From: a virus | Lineage: Duplodnaviria > Caudoviricetes | Virus record (IMG/VR): IMGVR_UViG_3300011577_000001 | Length of the DNA stretch: 64,000 nucleotides | Reading direction: 5' to 3' (one strand) | Shown here: positions 1 through 9,272 of the stretch, piece by piece | Layout of the letters: every line of letters begins with the position of its first letter | How positions within the stretch are numbered: the stretch's first letter is position 1 | The notes under the pieces: generated by a model | Database searches by the model: none | Told to the model about the DNA's origin: nothing | Seen by the model: only the letters and a program-made list of their open reading frames with translations | Made by a program: the position numbers and the translations under genes

Positions 1-244
1 CAGACTCACAACCATCTTCGATCACTTGATCTTTGAGGGTTGGTTTGTAGACATTGATCAAGACAATGATCATGCCGGTGTTCTTTGGACGTGTGAAGGT
101 CACAGTGATCTCACGAGTCCGCCCTGTTTCCTCATGAACCAGTTCAATGAGGGGACCGAGAGGTTGTACCTGACGGAAGCCTTCAATGTTCTGCATGTGG
201 TAACGAAGTAATTGGGGGCTCAGGGTTATATCTGGTTTAAACAT
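1..244 (-). CDS. hypothetical early protein, partial (runs off window start)
   Basis: Manual translation MFKPDITLSPQLLRYHMQNIEGF... is open to position 1; GAAGGT RBS; early-promoter-like motif upstream. Confidence 0.7.
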   Translation of the reverse strand, partial: MFKPDITLSPQLLRYHMQNIEGFRQVQPLGPLIELVHEETGRTREITVTFTRPKNTGMIIVLINVYKPTLKDQVIEDGCES

Positions 245-287
245 CTTTACCTTCTCAGGAAGAATTGAACGGCATTACTTCAGCTAG

Positions 288-316
288 ATGATATACGCTT
301 GTAATACTTTTAAATG
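288..316 (-). promoter_or_regulatory. putative early (virion RNAP) promoter, divergent copy
   Basis: Minus strand TTTAAAAGTATTACAAGCGTATATCAT; resembles phiKZ early TATATTAC with upstream A-tract. Confidence 0.45.
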
Positions 317-359
317 AGGGCATAAAGGCAGGCCCGAAGGCCCACCCTTACTTTACCGC

Positions 360-1913
360 TTAGTCGTTGGACGACGAACCAGAGTCGGAGCTGCTGGAGT
401 CGGAACCCGCAACGTTGTCGTGTGCGCTGCGCATGTCTGCGTCGCTCACATTCGAACGGTGGACGATCTTGTCGCCAGCCACGTTGTCACCGGTACCCGA
501 GTGGGACTGGTGCAGGAACGGAGCTTCGTCGATATGTGCGAACTCAGGACGACCACCACGAGGGTACGACGCTGGAGTGTTGAACGACTCGCCAGCAGAA
601 CCCACTGGAAGTTCAGCCAGTTCTTCTGGATCTTCACCGGAGTCAGGGATGTCGCCATCGTCTTCCTGTTCCAGCTCGCAGCCGTCTTCACCGACCGGGA
701 TTTCCGGGTCCAGCTCCCGACCATAGCCTTCTTCGACCACTGGATCGCCTTTCAGAGCGTCCCAGCCTTTCAACAGCTCAGCTTTGATCATTTCCACGGT
801 GGTGACCGGGTCAGGATCGTGGTCATCCAGGGCGATCACGACAACCTTGCGGCCTTCCATCGGGTGTTCGATTACACCGTCGAGGAACACGTTGTCTTCA
901 CGGGTAACCAGCTTCTCGCCTTCGCCCAGTTTCCACGACAACAGATCGAAGCCGCTGGTTTCCTGGAATGCGTTTGCACGCTCCAGAGTCAGTTCGACCG
1001 GTGGCAGTTTGGCCAGACGTTCAGCACGAGCACGGTACACGGCAGCTTCGTCGACCGGTTCTTCAACCGGGCCACGGGCAGCAGCTTTCGCACGCTCTTC
1101 TTCGATCAGGCGGTGCAGGTGATCGGCGATCATGTACGACCAGCGCTCGAAGTTGAAGCCCGACTCAGGGGACAGGATCTCTTCGAGCGAACGGAAGCCG
1201 ACAGTGATCAGCTCAGCTTCTTTACACACCACGTCGATGTGCGGAGGAATGCCAACGCTGTACACGACGCCCAGGTGCTGCTTGCCGACTTCGTTCATGT
1301 CATCACGAATGAAGCCATCGTGAGTAAACGTGATCGGGGTGGTCTTGGCCAGGTCGGTGAACGACAGACCGTTGAACTCGAACTCTTCGTCCAGTTCGGT
1401 GACGGCGACGGCCAGCAGCGATTCCTTGACGTTGAGGGACATGTTCGGGTAGAAGCACATCTGGTTGGCTTCGGGGTGACCGCCACCGGCCAGCGAGTGG
1501 TTACCGGCCAGGAGTTGTTCACCGACAGCCTTGGTGCGCTGGTAGATGAAGAACTCGATGCAGGCCTTGGCTTCGTTGTAGCGGTGGATCAGGATGTACG
1601 GGATCGGGTGACGGAACAGCGCGCTGCTTTCCAGACGGCTGCGGCGGGTCAGAACCGCGTCCAGCTTGATGCGTTCGAAACGCTCGTCCAGGTGGTCGGT
1701 CAGTGGGTCAGCCAGATACTCGAAGCCCTGGTTCGGGAATTCGGCATCGATGGCGTCACGCCAGAAACCCAGTACCAGACGGTCCTTGGCATTGACTTCT
1801 TCTTCACCACGCGCAGGAGCGGTAGCGAGGCCTTCTTCGGACGGATGAACGTTTGCCTGCTCAGCCGGTTCTACGGCTTCCATACCAGCGTACTGGCTCA
1901 GAACGTTAGACAT
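360..1913 (-). CDS. NUDIX-family phosphoesterase-like protein with long acidic C-terminal extension
   Basis: HPIPYILI..FFIYQR..GE..L.G..S.AGGGH, degenerate Nudix box TELDEE, and VGKQHLG.VY as in COG4112-type NUDIX proteins. Confidence 0.7.
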   Translation of the reverse strand: MSNVLSQYAGMEAVEPAEQANVHPSEEGLATAPARGEEEVNAKDRLVLGFWRDAIDAEFPNQGFEYLADPLTDHLDERFERIKLDAVLTRRSRLESSALFRHPIPYILIHRYNEAKACIEFFIYQRTKAVGEQLLAGNHSLAGGGHPEANQMCFYPNMSLNVKESLLAVAVTELDEEFEFNGLSFTDLAKTTPITFTHDGFIRDDMNEVGKQHLGVVYSVGIPPHIDVVCKEAELITVGFRSLEEILSPESGFNFERWSYMIADHLHRLIEEERAKAAARGPVEEPVDEAAVYRARAERLAKLPPVELTLERANAFQETSGFDLLSWKLGEGEKLVTREDNVFLDGVIEHPMEGRKVVVIALDDHDPDPVTTVEMIKAELLKGWDALKGDPVVEEGYGRELDPEIPVGEDGCELEQEDDGDIPDSGEDPEELAELPVGSAGESFNTPASYPRGGRPEFAHIDEAPFLHQSHSGTGDNVAGDKIVHRSNVSDADMRSAHDNVAGSDSSSSDSGSSSND

Positions 1914-1974
1914 GAAGGGTTCCTTTTCAGGTTTACGGTTAGTTCAACAAAGGATCACTCGACCCTGTTAGAAA

Positions 1975-2475
1975 TTACGTGCGGTTACGACGAGCCTCAG
2001 CAACCTTGGCGGAGATGCTGTCAAAGAAGGCAGTCATCTCTTCGTCAGAGACTTCCGGCTTGTAGCCACACATGTCCTTGGCATAGCGGAACATGCCCTC
2101 GATCAACTCACGCATCTTGCGTTCCAGATCAGAAGGGAAGCCACCACGGTATTCGGACGGGGTGTTCAACGACCACTCGACGGGCTTGTTCGGGTCATCG
2201 TAATCGTGGATGGTAATCGACCAGCGATGATTGCTGAACTCGTCACCCACTTTAAAGAGGAACACTACGTTGTTGCAGTCAGCATCACCGTAGTAGTTGT
2301 AGTCATGGAAAGGTTCGTGGTATTGGCGACCGCGGAAGCTGGTGGTCTGGAGTTTCAGGTCACCCCACGGGGTCGGAACCGTCCACAACAGGTCACGAGG
2401 TAGACTAACCTTCTTGAGCCGGTCCAGTTGCTGAGCGTAGAAATGAAGTGCTGCACTGCCTTCTGAGAAAGCCAT
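1975..2475 (-). CDS. hypothetical protein
   Basis: ORF; GGAGG RBS favours start at 2475. Confidence 0.7.
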   Translation of the reverse strand: MAFSEGSAALHFYAQQLDRLKKVSLPRDLLWTVPTPWGDLKLQTTSFRGRQYHEPFHDYNYYGDADCNNVVFLFKVGDEFSNHRWSITIHDYDDPNKPVEWSLNTPSEYRGGFPSDLERKMRELIEGMFRYAKDMCGYKPEVSDEEMTAFFDSISAKVAEARRNRT

Positions 2476-2493
2476 AAAACCTCCGAACATAAA

Positions 2494-2514
2494 AGGGAGC
2501 CCGAAGGCTCCCTC
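2494..2514 (-). terminator. intrinsic terminator hairpin
   Basis: AGGGAGCC-CGAA-GGCTCCCT (UUCG loop on minus strand) followed by UUUUAUG. Confidence 0.75.
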
Positions 2515-2526
2515 GTATGCTGTTAC

Positions 2527-4491
2527 TTAGTAGGTAGCACCACCGAGACGGTAGCGGATTTCACCCAGGGAAGTGCGGGTAATGAACTCGCTGTTACGGT
2601 ACACCAGACGCAGTTCGCCCGACGAGGAAGCCAGGGTATCGAACGACAGGTCTTGTTCCTGAGCCAGAACGTAGTCGTCACCGACTTTGTCCACACGCAG
2701 GAAGCCTTTCGCCGACTTCTTGGCAGTCTCGCCTTCGGTGGCTGGCGCTTTGTACAGGTCGATGAGGGTATCGTCGATCTGGATCGCAGTGCCTTTGATA
2801 GCTTGGCCGAAGGTGTCACGGGTGATGTACTGGTAGGTGTAGCTACCGATGCCCAGGACCACGTTGCCGGAAGCGAACTTCTTCTTCGCCAGACGACGCA
2901 TGATCTCTTCGGTACGCTGTACGGTGATCGAGTCGCCGTAGATCAGGCCGATGTGTTCGTCCAGCAGACGGTAGCCTTCCGCAGTAGTGGTGCCACCGAA
3001 GGTATCCCACAGGCATTCCACGGCGCCTTTCTCTTCCGAGGTCAGCTCGTGTTCCTCGATCTTGTAGCCGCACTCGTAGTGACCGGTTGGGTCAGTTTCG
3101 AGTTGGATCTCCATCGACTTGAGGAAGCCGTAGATCATCGGCTTGGTCGGGTCATGGGCATCTTTCGCCAGACGTTCTTCGTTGACCTTACGGGAAGTGG
3201 CGGTCATCGCACGGAACGAAGCTACTACTTGTTCCCCGCCCTTCTCGAGGATCTCGGCGTCGAGTTCGGCCCAGGTACGGTTCGGGTTGCGGTGCAACGC
3301 GTCGGTAGCCTTGAGCAGGCGACCTTCGTGATCGCGGTAGTAGATGTGCTTCTGACGGGGCTTGAGACCCTTGCTACCGGAACCGACCATGAGCTGGTGA
3401 GCTTCGACTTCGGTGAAGATTTCAACACCGCAGATGATCTCAACCGGATCACCCGAGTCAGGACGGATCACCACCTTGGCCAGACCGAGGCTGTCTTTCG
3501 GACGTGACAGGATCACGTCTTTCAGTTCAGGAACGATCTTGGTCACCACACCCCAGAAGTCGAACGAGTCCGACACCAAGGCCACAGCACCGTTCGGGTA
3601 GACTTCGGTGATCAGACGCTTGAAGAAGCGCTTCTCGGCTTCCAGGCGCAGGACCTTGTAGCCTTCTTCGGTAACGCCTTCACCGGCAGCCTTGATCTTC
3701 TCCAGCTCGAAGTGCAGCTCGGACAGGATGTTGGCAGTCGCAACGGCGTGTTCGGTAGCCGGGATGGAGCAGGCCACGAACTCCTTCTCCACGTTCGCAC
3801 CGTAGTAGTCTTCGGCGTAGTCGATCGCAGGGATGGTGTCAGTACCGCAGAAGCTCAGCAGGTGACCGAACGAGCCACGAACGTCTTCAAGGCCGATACC
3901 ACGGAACGAGAAGTCGTGACCTTGAACGTCAACGAACTCTTTCGGAGTACCGGTCATCAGTGCCCAGTGTTTCAGCACGCGACGGTATTCGAAAGCGATG
4001 GTCGAGCAGGTGACGATTTTCCAGATCAACGCCGACATCGAAGTTTCGAGGTAGTTGGTGAACCAGTAGAAGTCGGGGTGGGTGTTGTAGATGGTGTACA
4101 ACGGCACGTTCATGTTGACACGCGCACCCTCCGGCAGGGCCAGTACTTCGATCGGCAGGTAGCCCAGGTCGTGTAGCTTCTCGAAACCGTCGACAGGAAC
4201 CTTGCCTTCACCGAGGTAGTAGTCCATGCGGCGCTTGTAGCGCTTGATGACTTCGTCTTTCGGCTTGGAGAAGAAGCTGCGGTTCCACAGTTCGGTCAGT
4301 TCTTGCAGCACCCCTTGCAGACCAGCCCAGACAACCTTGTGGTCCCAGAACTGCGACTTGGACACCGACTTCTGGAACAGACGGTCAGCACGCGCCGTCA
4401 GGTTACCGTAGGTGAAGTTGGCGCCTTTCGGGAACATTGGGCGATGGCCGACTTTGTAACCGTCGCAAACGTTGGGGGCAAACAATTCCAT
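2527..4491 (-). CDS. nadV: nicotinamide phosphoribosyltransferase family protein (NAMPT or NARP1 Namat-like)
   Basis: Motifs DGYKVGH, HDFSFRG, GTDTIPA, SIPATEH, VSDSFD, IRPDSGDP, LIYGDSIT, GIGSYTYQYITRDTFG.A.K, KKSAKG. Confidence 0.92.
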   Translation of the reverse strand: MELFAPNVCDGYKVGHRPMFPKGANFTYGNLTARADRLFQKSVSKSQFWDHKVVWAGLQGVLQELTELWNRSFFSKPKDEVIKRYKRRMDYYLGEGKVPVDGFEKLHDLGYLPIEVLALPEGARVNMNVPLYTIYNTHPDFYWFTNYLETSMSALIWKIVTCSTIAFEYRRVLKHWALMTGTPKEFVDVQGHDFSFRGIGLEDVRGSFGHLLSFCGTDTIPAIDYAEDYYGANVEKEFVACSIPATEHAVATANILSELHFELEKIKAAGEGVTEEGYKVLRLEAEKRFFKRLITEVYPNGAVALVSDSFDFWGVVTKIVPELKDVILSRPKDSLGLAKVVIRPDSGDPVEIICGVEIFTEVEAHQLMVGSGSKGLKPRQKHIYYRDHEGRLLKATDALHRNPNRTWAELDAEILEKGGEQVVASFRAMTATSRKVNEERLAKDAHDPTKPMIYGFLKSMEIQLETDPTGHYECGYKIEEHELTSEEKGAVECLWDTFGGTTTAEGYRLLDEHIGLIYGDSITVQRTEEIMRRLAKKKFASGNVVLGIGSYTYQYITRDTFGQAIKGTAIQIDDTLIDLYKAPATEGETAKKSAKGFLRVDKVGDDYVLAQEQDLSFDTLASSSGELRLVYRNSEFITRTSLGEIRYRLGGATY

Positions 4492-5384
4492 TACACGAAG
4501 TCCTTAACGTCGAAGAAGTAGTAGGCGTGGTCTTCCACACGGTCTGGTCGGATGTTACCGGACACATTCGGGTGGCAGGAGTTGGTGGTTTTGATGCTAC
4601 GGTACCAGTTACGCAACTCGTCGTAACCTTTGGAGAAGATGCCGTGGGTGATCCACAGACGAACAGCACCGCTCTTCTCTGGAAGTACTTCGTGTTGATC
4701 GGATCGCCAACGCAGGAGCTTGCCGAGTTCCAGGAAGGTGTAGCCGCCATCGCAGATGTCATCAACCACCAACCAGTCGTGTGCCAGATACTCCTGAGGG
4801 AACGGGAGCAGCTTGGTGTCGGTGATCTTGCCGGTCAAGGTGTCGCGCTTCTTGACAGCGTAGACGATGTTAGGACAACGCAGAGCCTTCGCCAGCTCTT
4901 CGACCTTCTTCGCTGCACCTTGGTCAGGAGCCACCAGGACGACTTTGGTCCAGTCGGTGTTCTGATAGGCACGGCGGATGATCTTGTCCAGCGGAACTTG
5001 GATGACGTTCTCAAGCAAGCCCAGCGCTACGTTACTGTGAGAGTCGAGGACAGTCACAGTGTGGTAGTATTGGTCGTTGATGAGGTCAGCCATCACTTTG
5101 ATGCCGAGAGCTTCACCAGCATTCGCCACACGGTCTTGACGAGCGTACGGGATGTAAGGTAGGTAAAGGTCGAGTACTACGTCAGGATTCAGACGACGCA
5201 GTGCATCGGTAGTCAGCAGCAGCTCCATGACATCATCGCCGTTCTTGAGCACGGCAGTCAGACGAATGTGTGGCCAGGAAGCTACAGTGGGATCGACCAG
5301 CGGATGAGTTTCACCACCAGGGAAGCGTTTCGGCTCCAAGGCGATGCAAAGCTCCGGGCGATTTACATTGGTGATCGTGAGCAT
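4491..5384 (-). CDS. prs: ribose-phosphate pyrophosphokinase family protein (Prs or NARP1 Adps-like)
   Basis: FPGGE, PYIPYARQDR, LDSHS, VAPDQGA, VVDDICDGGYTF, THGIFSKG; TAATG overlap with the NAMPT-like gene. Confidence 0.92.
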   Translation of the reverse strand: MLTITNVNRPELCIALEPKRFPGGETHPLVDPTVASWPHIRLTAVLKNGDDVMELLLTTDALRRLNPDVVLDLYLPYIPYARQDRVANAGEALGIKVMADLINDQYYHTVTVLDSHSNVALGLLENVIQVPLDKIIRRAYQNTDWTKVVLVAPDQGAAKKVEELAKALRCPNIVYAVKKRDTLTGKITDTKLLPFPQEYLAHDWLVVDDICDGGYTFLELGKLLRWRSDQHEVLPEKSGAVRLWITHGIFSKGYDELRNWYRSIKTTNSCHPNVSGNIRPDRVEDHAYYFFDVKDFV

Positions 5385-5452
5385 TGACGAGGTTCCTTTC
5401 CCAGGACGGAATGTCCTTTCAATCCATACGACCTCTATGTAAGAAAAAAAAA

Positions 5453-5475
5453 AAGAGGGGGCGAACCCCCTCTTA
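5453..5475 (-). terminator. intrinsic terminator
   Basis: AAGAGGGGG-CGAA-CCCCCTCTT with an 11-A tract (U-tract on minus strand). Confidence 0.8.
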
Positions 5476-5476
5476 A

Positions 5477-5722
5477 TTAACCGAAGATCTTCTGCATCAG
5501 CGACCGCTTCTTCGGCACGGGCCGGGAAGCGATAGCGATGGCAGCCAACAGCCCGAGACCAGCAATTGCTACGTTGGCTTGTGCGTTGGTAGCATTGCGC
5601 TCAGTCTTCTGTTCTTCGACTGCAAGTTCCAAACGCGCCAGCTCAGCTTTGCGTTCAGCGATCTTGAGTTCGACAGAAGCCAGTTCTGCGTCTTGTGCGG
5701 TGATCAGTTGTTGCTCGCTCAT
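5477..5722 (-). CDS. small coiled-coil protein with C-terminal hydrophobic anchor
   Basis: Heptad-rich N-terminus, then IAGLGLLAAIAIA and a basic tail. Confidence 0.65.
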   Translation of the reverse strand: MSEQQLITAQDAELASVELKIAERKAELARLELAVEEQKTERNATNAQANVAIAGLGLLAAIAIASRPVPKKRSLMQKIFG

Positions 5723-5886
5723 TTCGACCCCTTGGGCGGACGCCCTTCCATACTACGCCAAGTCTCGTCCAGCTTCTTCATGTGCTTGGCAAGTTCTTCG
5801 TGTTTACCCTCTTCATGAAGCTTCAAGGCTTCTGAGCCCGGCATCATGAGGGTCCCGTCTTTATAACGTACTGCTTTAGTAGCCAT
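5719..5886 (-). CDS. small hypothetical protein (55 aa, absent from ORF track)
   Basis: MATKAVRYKDGTLMMPGSEALKLHEEGKHEELAK...; abuts the upstream stop and has an ATGA overlap with the downstream gene. Confidence 0.7.
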   Translation of the reverse strand: MATKAVRYKDGTLMMPGSEALKLHEEGKHEELAKHMKKLDETWRSMEGRPPKGSK

Positions 5887-6300
5887 CTAACGATCCTCGT
5901 CCGACTCGTAGATAACAACACCCAACTGCTGGCGCTCCCAATTGAGCATAGCAATTTTCGAAAAGTCCTTGTCAGGATACATAGCCGTAGCCATGTTCTC
6001 ACAAGCCTCAATCACCTCGGGATTCATCTGCTCACCTTTAGCAGCAAACCCACGACCTTCTCTCAAACAGTTCTTGGCGAAGTCACGCTTCTTCGTCATG
6101 TACTGCTCTTCCAGATAAAGAGCATCGATCTCATGCTCCTTACCCGTCTCGTGCATCTTCCACGCACCCGTACCACCTACACCGATCACACCGACCATCA
6201 GCACAGTGATACCGATATTGCTGGAGTGTTTACGAAGGAAGCCTTTGAACCCTTCCCAGCCAAACGCCAACAAGTAAGCCAAACCAACCAACTTACTCAT
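5887..6300 (-). CDS. hypothetical membrane protein
   Basis: Hydrophobic segment IGITVLMVGVIGVGGTG; ATGA overlap with upstream gene. Confidence 0.65.
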   Translation of the reverse strand: MSKLVGLAYLLAFGWEGFKGFLRKHSSNIGITVLMVGVIGVGGTGAWKMHETGKEHEIDALYLEEQYMTKKRDFAKNCLREGRGFAAKGEQMNPEVIEACENMATAMYPDKDFSKIAMLNWERQQLGVVIYESDEDR

Positions 6301-6797
6301 TGCGACACCGCCGGAGCCAGACGTGGTTGAACGTAGCGAGTGTCGTAACCTTCTTCACCCGGCAGCAGGTTCTGCGGGTCAGGATACAACATCTGCCAGA
6401 TACGCAGGTTGGTGCTGCTGCGCTGTTTCAGTTCAGCACAGTAGTTGAACAACATGTGCCCAACGTTGACCGGGTGCATACCTGAACGCATCGGAGTAGG
6501 ATCACCATCCGAACGTTTGACAATGTCGGTACGTACAGACTCTTCGGCTTTGCCTTCTTTGATCCAGGCTTGCGCTTGGTTCTTGAGCATCATGCCCAAG
6601 ATACGGTTGTCGATCACACCGCAGATGAACAGCTCCGGCAGACCGAGGCGATCCAGACCCACGGTGTAGGAGTAGTTCAGACCGTCGCCACCAGCGTGTT
6701 GCGGAACACCCTGAACGCTCAGGATCGCAAACTTGTTGGCAGCGATCGAACGCTTGATGTGACGCTTCACTTGTTTCTTGGTGTCTGCAACTTTCAT
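6297..6797 (-). CDS. DUF4262-like protein
   Basis: YSYTVGL..LGLPEL...G and QMLYPD..N.LPGE.GYD..YVQP.L. Confidence 0.65.
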   Translation of the reverse strand: MKVADTKKQVKRHIKRSIAANKFAILSVQGVPQHAGGDGLNYSYTVGLDRLGLPELFICGVIDNRILGMMLKNQAQAWIKEGKAEESVRTDIVKRSDGDPTPMRSGMHPVNVGHMLFNYCAELKQRSSTNLRIWQMLYPDPQNLLPGEEGYDTRYVQPRLAPAVSQ

Positions 6798-6798
6798 G

Positions 6799-7350
6799 TT
6801 ACTTCCTTTTAATAGGGGTGACAGTGGCGCGAGGGGCTCCGAGGCGATGCGGGATCGGACCCGTGCCTTTCGGAATCTTCATCAGTTTAGCGCGACGCTT
6901 GCGAATCGCTTCGGGAACGTACATGAACAATGCTGGCGCAGAGAAGTCAGGTTGGCCCTGCTTGATCTGTACCAGTACTGCCATCATTTCTTCTTTCGGT
7001 GGGTTCGACCAATCCATCTCGATAGTGCTAGCCGAATCCCAACGGATGCAATTCGGAGCATTGTCGAGCATGAACTTGTCCATACCCTGGTGCTTGATGG
7101 TGCGTTTGATAGCGGCAGCCGTGCTATTCATCGGCCCATCGATGTTGCGGGTTGCGTAGAAGCAGTAGTGATCCAGGTTGTTACCCGAAGCAATCTCGTA
7201 GTACGAGAGGTGACTTTGAATCGGGATGGTCAACAAGAAACAACGAGTACCTACAAACGCATGACTGCGGTTGGTGTGGTACTCTTTTAGCTTACGGACG
7301 ATCAGTGACATTCCTTGTCGCTCCTGAACTGTTCGAGGATCACGAGACAC
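6799..7350 (-). CDS. hypothetical protein
   Basis: ORF in tightly packed operon; start uncertain (7350 or 7311). Confidence 0.6.
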   Translation of the reverse strand: MSRDPRTVQERQGMSLIVRKLKEYHTNRSHAFVGTRCFLLTIPIQSHLSYYEIASGNNLDHYCFYATRNIDGPMNSTAAAIKRTIKHQGMDKFMLDNAPNCIRWDSASTIEMDWSNPPKEEMMAVLVQIKQGQPDFSAPALFMYVPEAIRKRRAKLMKIPKGTGPIPHRLGAPRATVTPIKRK

Positions 7351-7712
7351 TCAGCTTCGGTTGGTGGGCGCGGAGGCAGGTTCTCAAACATCAAGTACAT
7401 CCCTTCGGTACGCCCACGATTCTTGTACCAACCCACCCACAGACAAGTCGGCTGAGCGTTGATCATCTCATTTTCGTCTTCATACGGCAGCGTCAGGAAG
7501 CCCATCAGGCTGATCGTGCCGAAATGCTGGTTCTCTTCGCACACATGGTTAATGCGGAAGTCGTCGACCTCGCGCTCGAACAGCGACCGAATACGGTTCG
7601 TGGTGACGCACTGCCAGTTGTCACCGGTGAATTCACCATCCCTGAAAGAACACTTGGGATCTGAAGCAAAGTTTGCTGGCTTACCACGGGCTACACAAGC
7701 TTCACAAGTCAT
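7302..7712 (-). CDS. hypothetical Cys-rich protein
   Basis: CEAC..RGK....SDPKC.F..G.F..DNWQC and WYKNRGRT; TAATG overlap. Confidence 0.7.
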   Translation of the reverse strand: MTCEACVARGKPANFASDPKCSFRDGEFTGDNWQCVTTNRIRSLFEREVDDFRINHVCEENQHFGTISLMGFLTLPYEDENEMINAQPTCLWVGWYKNRGRTEGMYLMFENLPPRPPTEAECLVILEQFRSDKECH

Positions 7713-8308
7713 TACGCTGCTCTCTTCAATTCGTTTCCATATTGGTCCACCAGAGCTTGAGCTTTGGCACGACCCTCGTCGGTATAAAGGTTGATGCGTT
7801 TCGGGATACCCGCACGGATCGCCATCTGTAGCGCCATGTTGGTTCCACCTTTAACCACTTCAGTTTTGCCCACTGGTTTAGCCCAGTAGATTATTGCGCG
7901 GACTGGATCATTCAACATGTGTCCATGAATCTGGAACACGTTGCGTGTGTGCATGGCTTTGGCTCCACGCTTACACTTATCCCACGCAGGATGGACTTCT
8001 GATGCCATGCTGTGCGCAGTCTCCCAAGTGGGAAACTTCGTCGCATCGTAAAAGAAGTTCTTAGGGTCGTGGTGGCGACCCCAAACCCCATCCCATGCCA
8101 GATAGATCCTAGCCTTTAAATCGTAGTACCAACGACTTTGGACTGCACCGTCATAAAACGCACGGTCAGCACCCTCAGCATCTCCACTGCTCAAAGCAAA
8201 GCCCTGAGCATAAAGCGCCAGACTAATTTGTCGCATCAACGCCAGAATGTCCTCCGGCGTTTCACGACTCCCCACTCCTGCAAACCACCCCCGGAAGATT
8301 GGTGGCAT
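7712..8308 (-). CDS. SLOG/DprA-like Rossmann-fold nucleotide-binding protein
   Basis: FAGVGSRETP, LSSGDAEGADRAF, RN, GGTNMA. Confidence 0.75.
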   Translation of the reverse strand: MPPIFRGWFAGVGSRETPEDILALMRQISLALYAQGFALSSGDAEGADRAFYDGAVQSRWYYDLKARIYLAWDGVWGRHHDPKNFFYDATKFPTWETAHSMASEVHPAWDKCKRGAKAMHTRNVFQIHGHMLNDPVRAIIYWAKPVGKTEVVKGGTNMALQMAIRAGIPKRINLYTDEGRAKAQALVDQYGNELKRAA

Positions 8309-8312
8309 GTAA

Positions 8313-8612
8313 TCAATCCTCGACTTTGTATTCCAGGTACTTACTCGACGGGATCGGACCCGTTACCTTGAATGCAGCCCAATAGTCCTTGTTGTAACGC
8401 AAGGTCACATGGAAATAGTCATTTACCCGACGCAGCTCAATCTTCTTGAGCGTTTGACCGGGGAGGTGGTAGTTCGCACTGTCCTTGAAGAATTCAATTA
8501 CCTGCGAGAACTCTTCAAAGTAGAACCGCGTATTCGGGTCCAGCGGATGGAACTCTTGACCATCTTGTTTCAGATGGATGAGTCCAAAGGGGGGATATTG
8601 TTCAGGGCGCAT
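8313..8612 (-). CDS. hypothetical protein
   Basis: ORF with GAGGT RBS. Confidence 0.6.
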   Translation of the reverse strand: MRPEQYPPFGLIHLKQDGQEFHPLDPNTRFYFEEFSQVIEFFKDSANYHLPGQTLKKIELRRVNDYFHVTLRYNKDYWAAFKVTGPIPSSKYLEYKVED

Positions 8613-9034
8613 GTGGACTTAACCTCGTCGAGATCCAGATTGATGAGTAACTTGTCGCCATTGATTACCTCCATATGCTCCACGGTATAGACAACGCCAT
8701 TACCGTTTCGAATATAAGGAATCACATAGACATAGATTTGGTTGTACATTTCGAAGACAAAGTCCACGAACATCCGGTTCTCCAAAGTGGACATCTCCAC
8801 AATGATGTTCCCAACCGCATCTTTTTCGTCACCCTCTACATCTTCATTCTCGTAAATCATATCCAAATACAGATTGAACAGACTTGCGATGTTGTTGCGA
8901 TCTAGACGTTCCGGGTTCTGCATTGCAAACGTGCAAACGAAATCAATACAGTACCAGAGGTTGTGCTCAATAGCCCCTGACATGGTTTGCATCAACTCAC
9001 GACAGGGGATTACAAACTTGGCCTCCATAAGCAC
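8570..9034 (-). CDS. hypothetical protein
   Basis: ORF in operon. Confidence 0.6.
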   Translation of the reverse strand: MLMEAKFVIPCRELMQTMSGAIEHNLWYCIDFVCTFAMQNPERLDRNNIASLFNLYLDMIYENEDVEGDEKDAVGNIIVEMSTLENRMFVDFVFEMYNQIYVYVIPYIRNGNGVVYTVEHMEVINGDKLLINLDLDEVKSTCALNNIPPLDSSI

Positions 9035-9035
9035 C

Positions 9036-9272
9036 TCACGACATCAGGATGTCCCTGATGAACTGAATGTGGAAAACCAAAGCAAATATTGCAGCGATGA
9101 TCCACAACACAAAAGTACAAAGACCGACGTTCCATGGTTCGTGTCGCCACGACCAACAGATCGCTTTCCAGAACTCTTTTGGGTCATCATCACAACGAGC
9201 ATAGGCGCCGATGTAGAATGCAATATTTAGAGCAATGAAGAGGAGCACGCCGGTAAGAAAGTAACTGATCAT
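9036..9272 (-). CDS. small two-TM membrane protein
   Basis: Start MISYFLTG has an ATGA overlap with the upstream gene; two hydrophobic segments. Confidence 0.6.
   Translation of the reverse strand: MISYFLTGVLLFIALNIAFYIGAYARCDDDPKEFWKAICWSWRHEPWNVGLCTFVLWIIAAIFALVFHIQFIRDILMS

Noticed and set aside
420-2216. Long antisense ORFs (also 31814-33010, 38293-39753, 39820-41127, 40790-42223, 54591-56240, 59631-60710)
   Set aside because: They are shadows of strongly codon-biased genes on the other strand, with no motifs or RBS.
3035-3430. Intein in the NAMPT-like gene
   Set aside because: No C-terminal His-Asn followed by Cys/Ser/Thr and no LAGLIDADG blocks.
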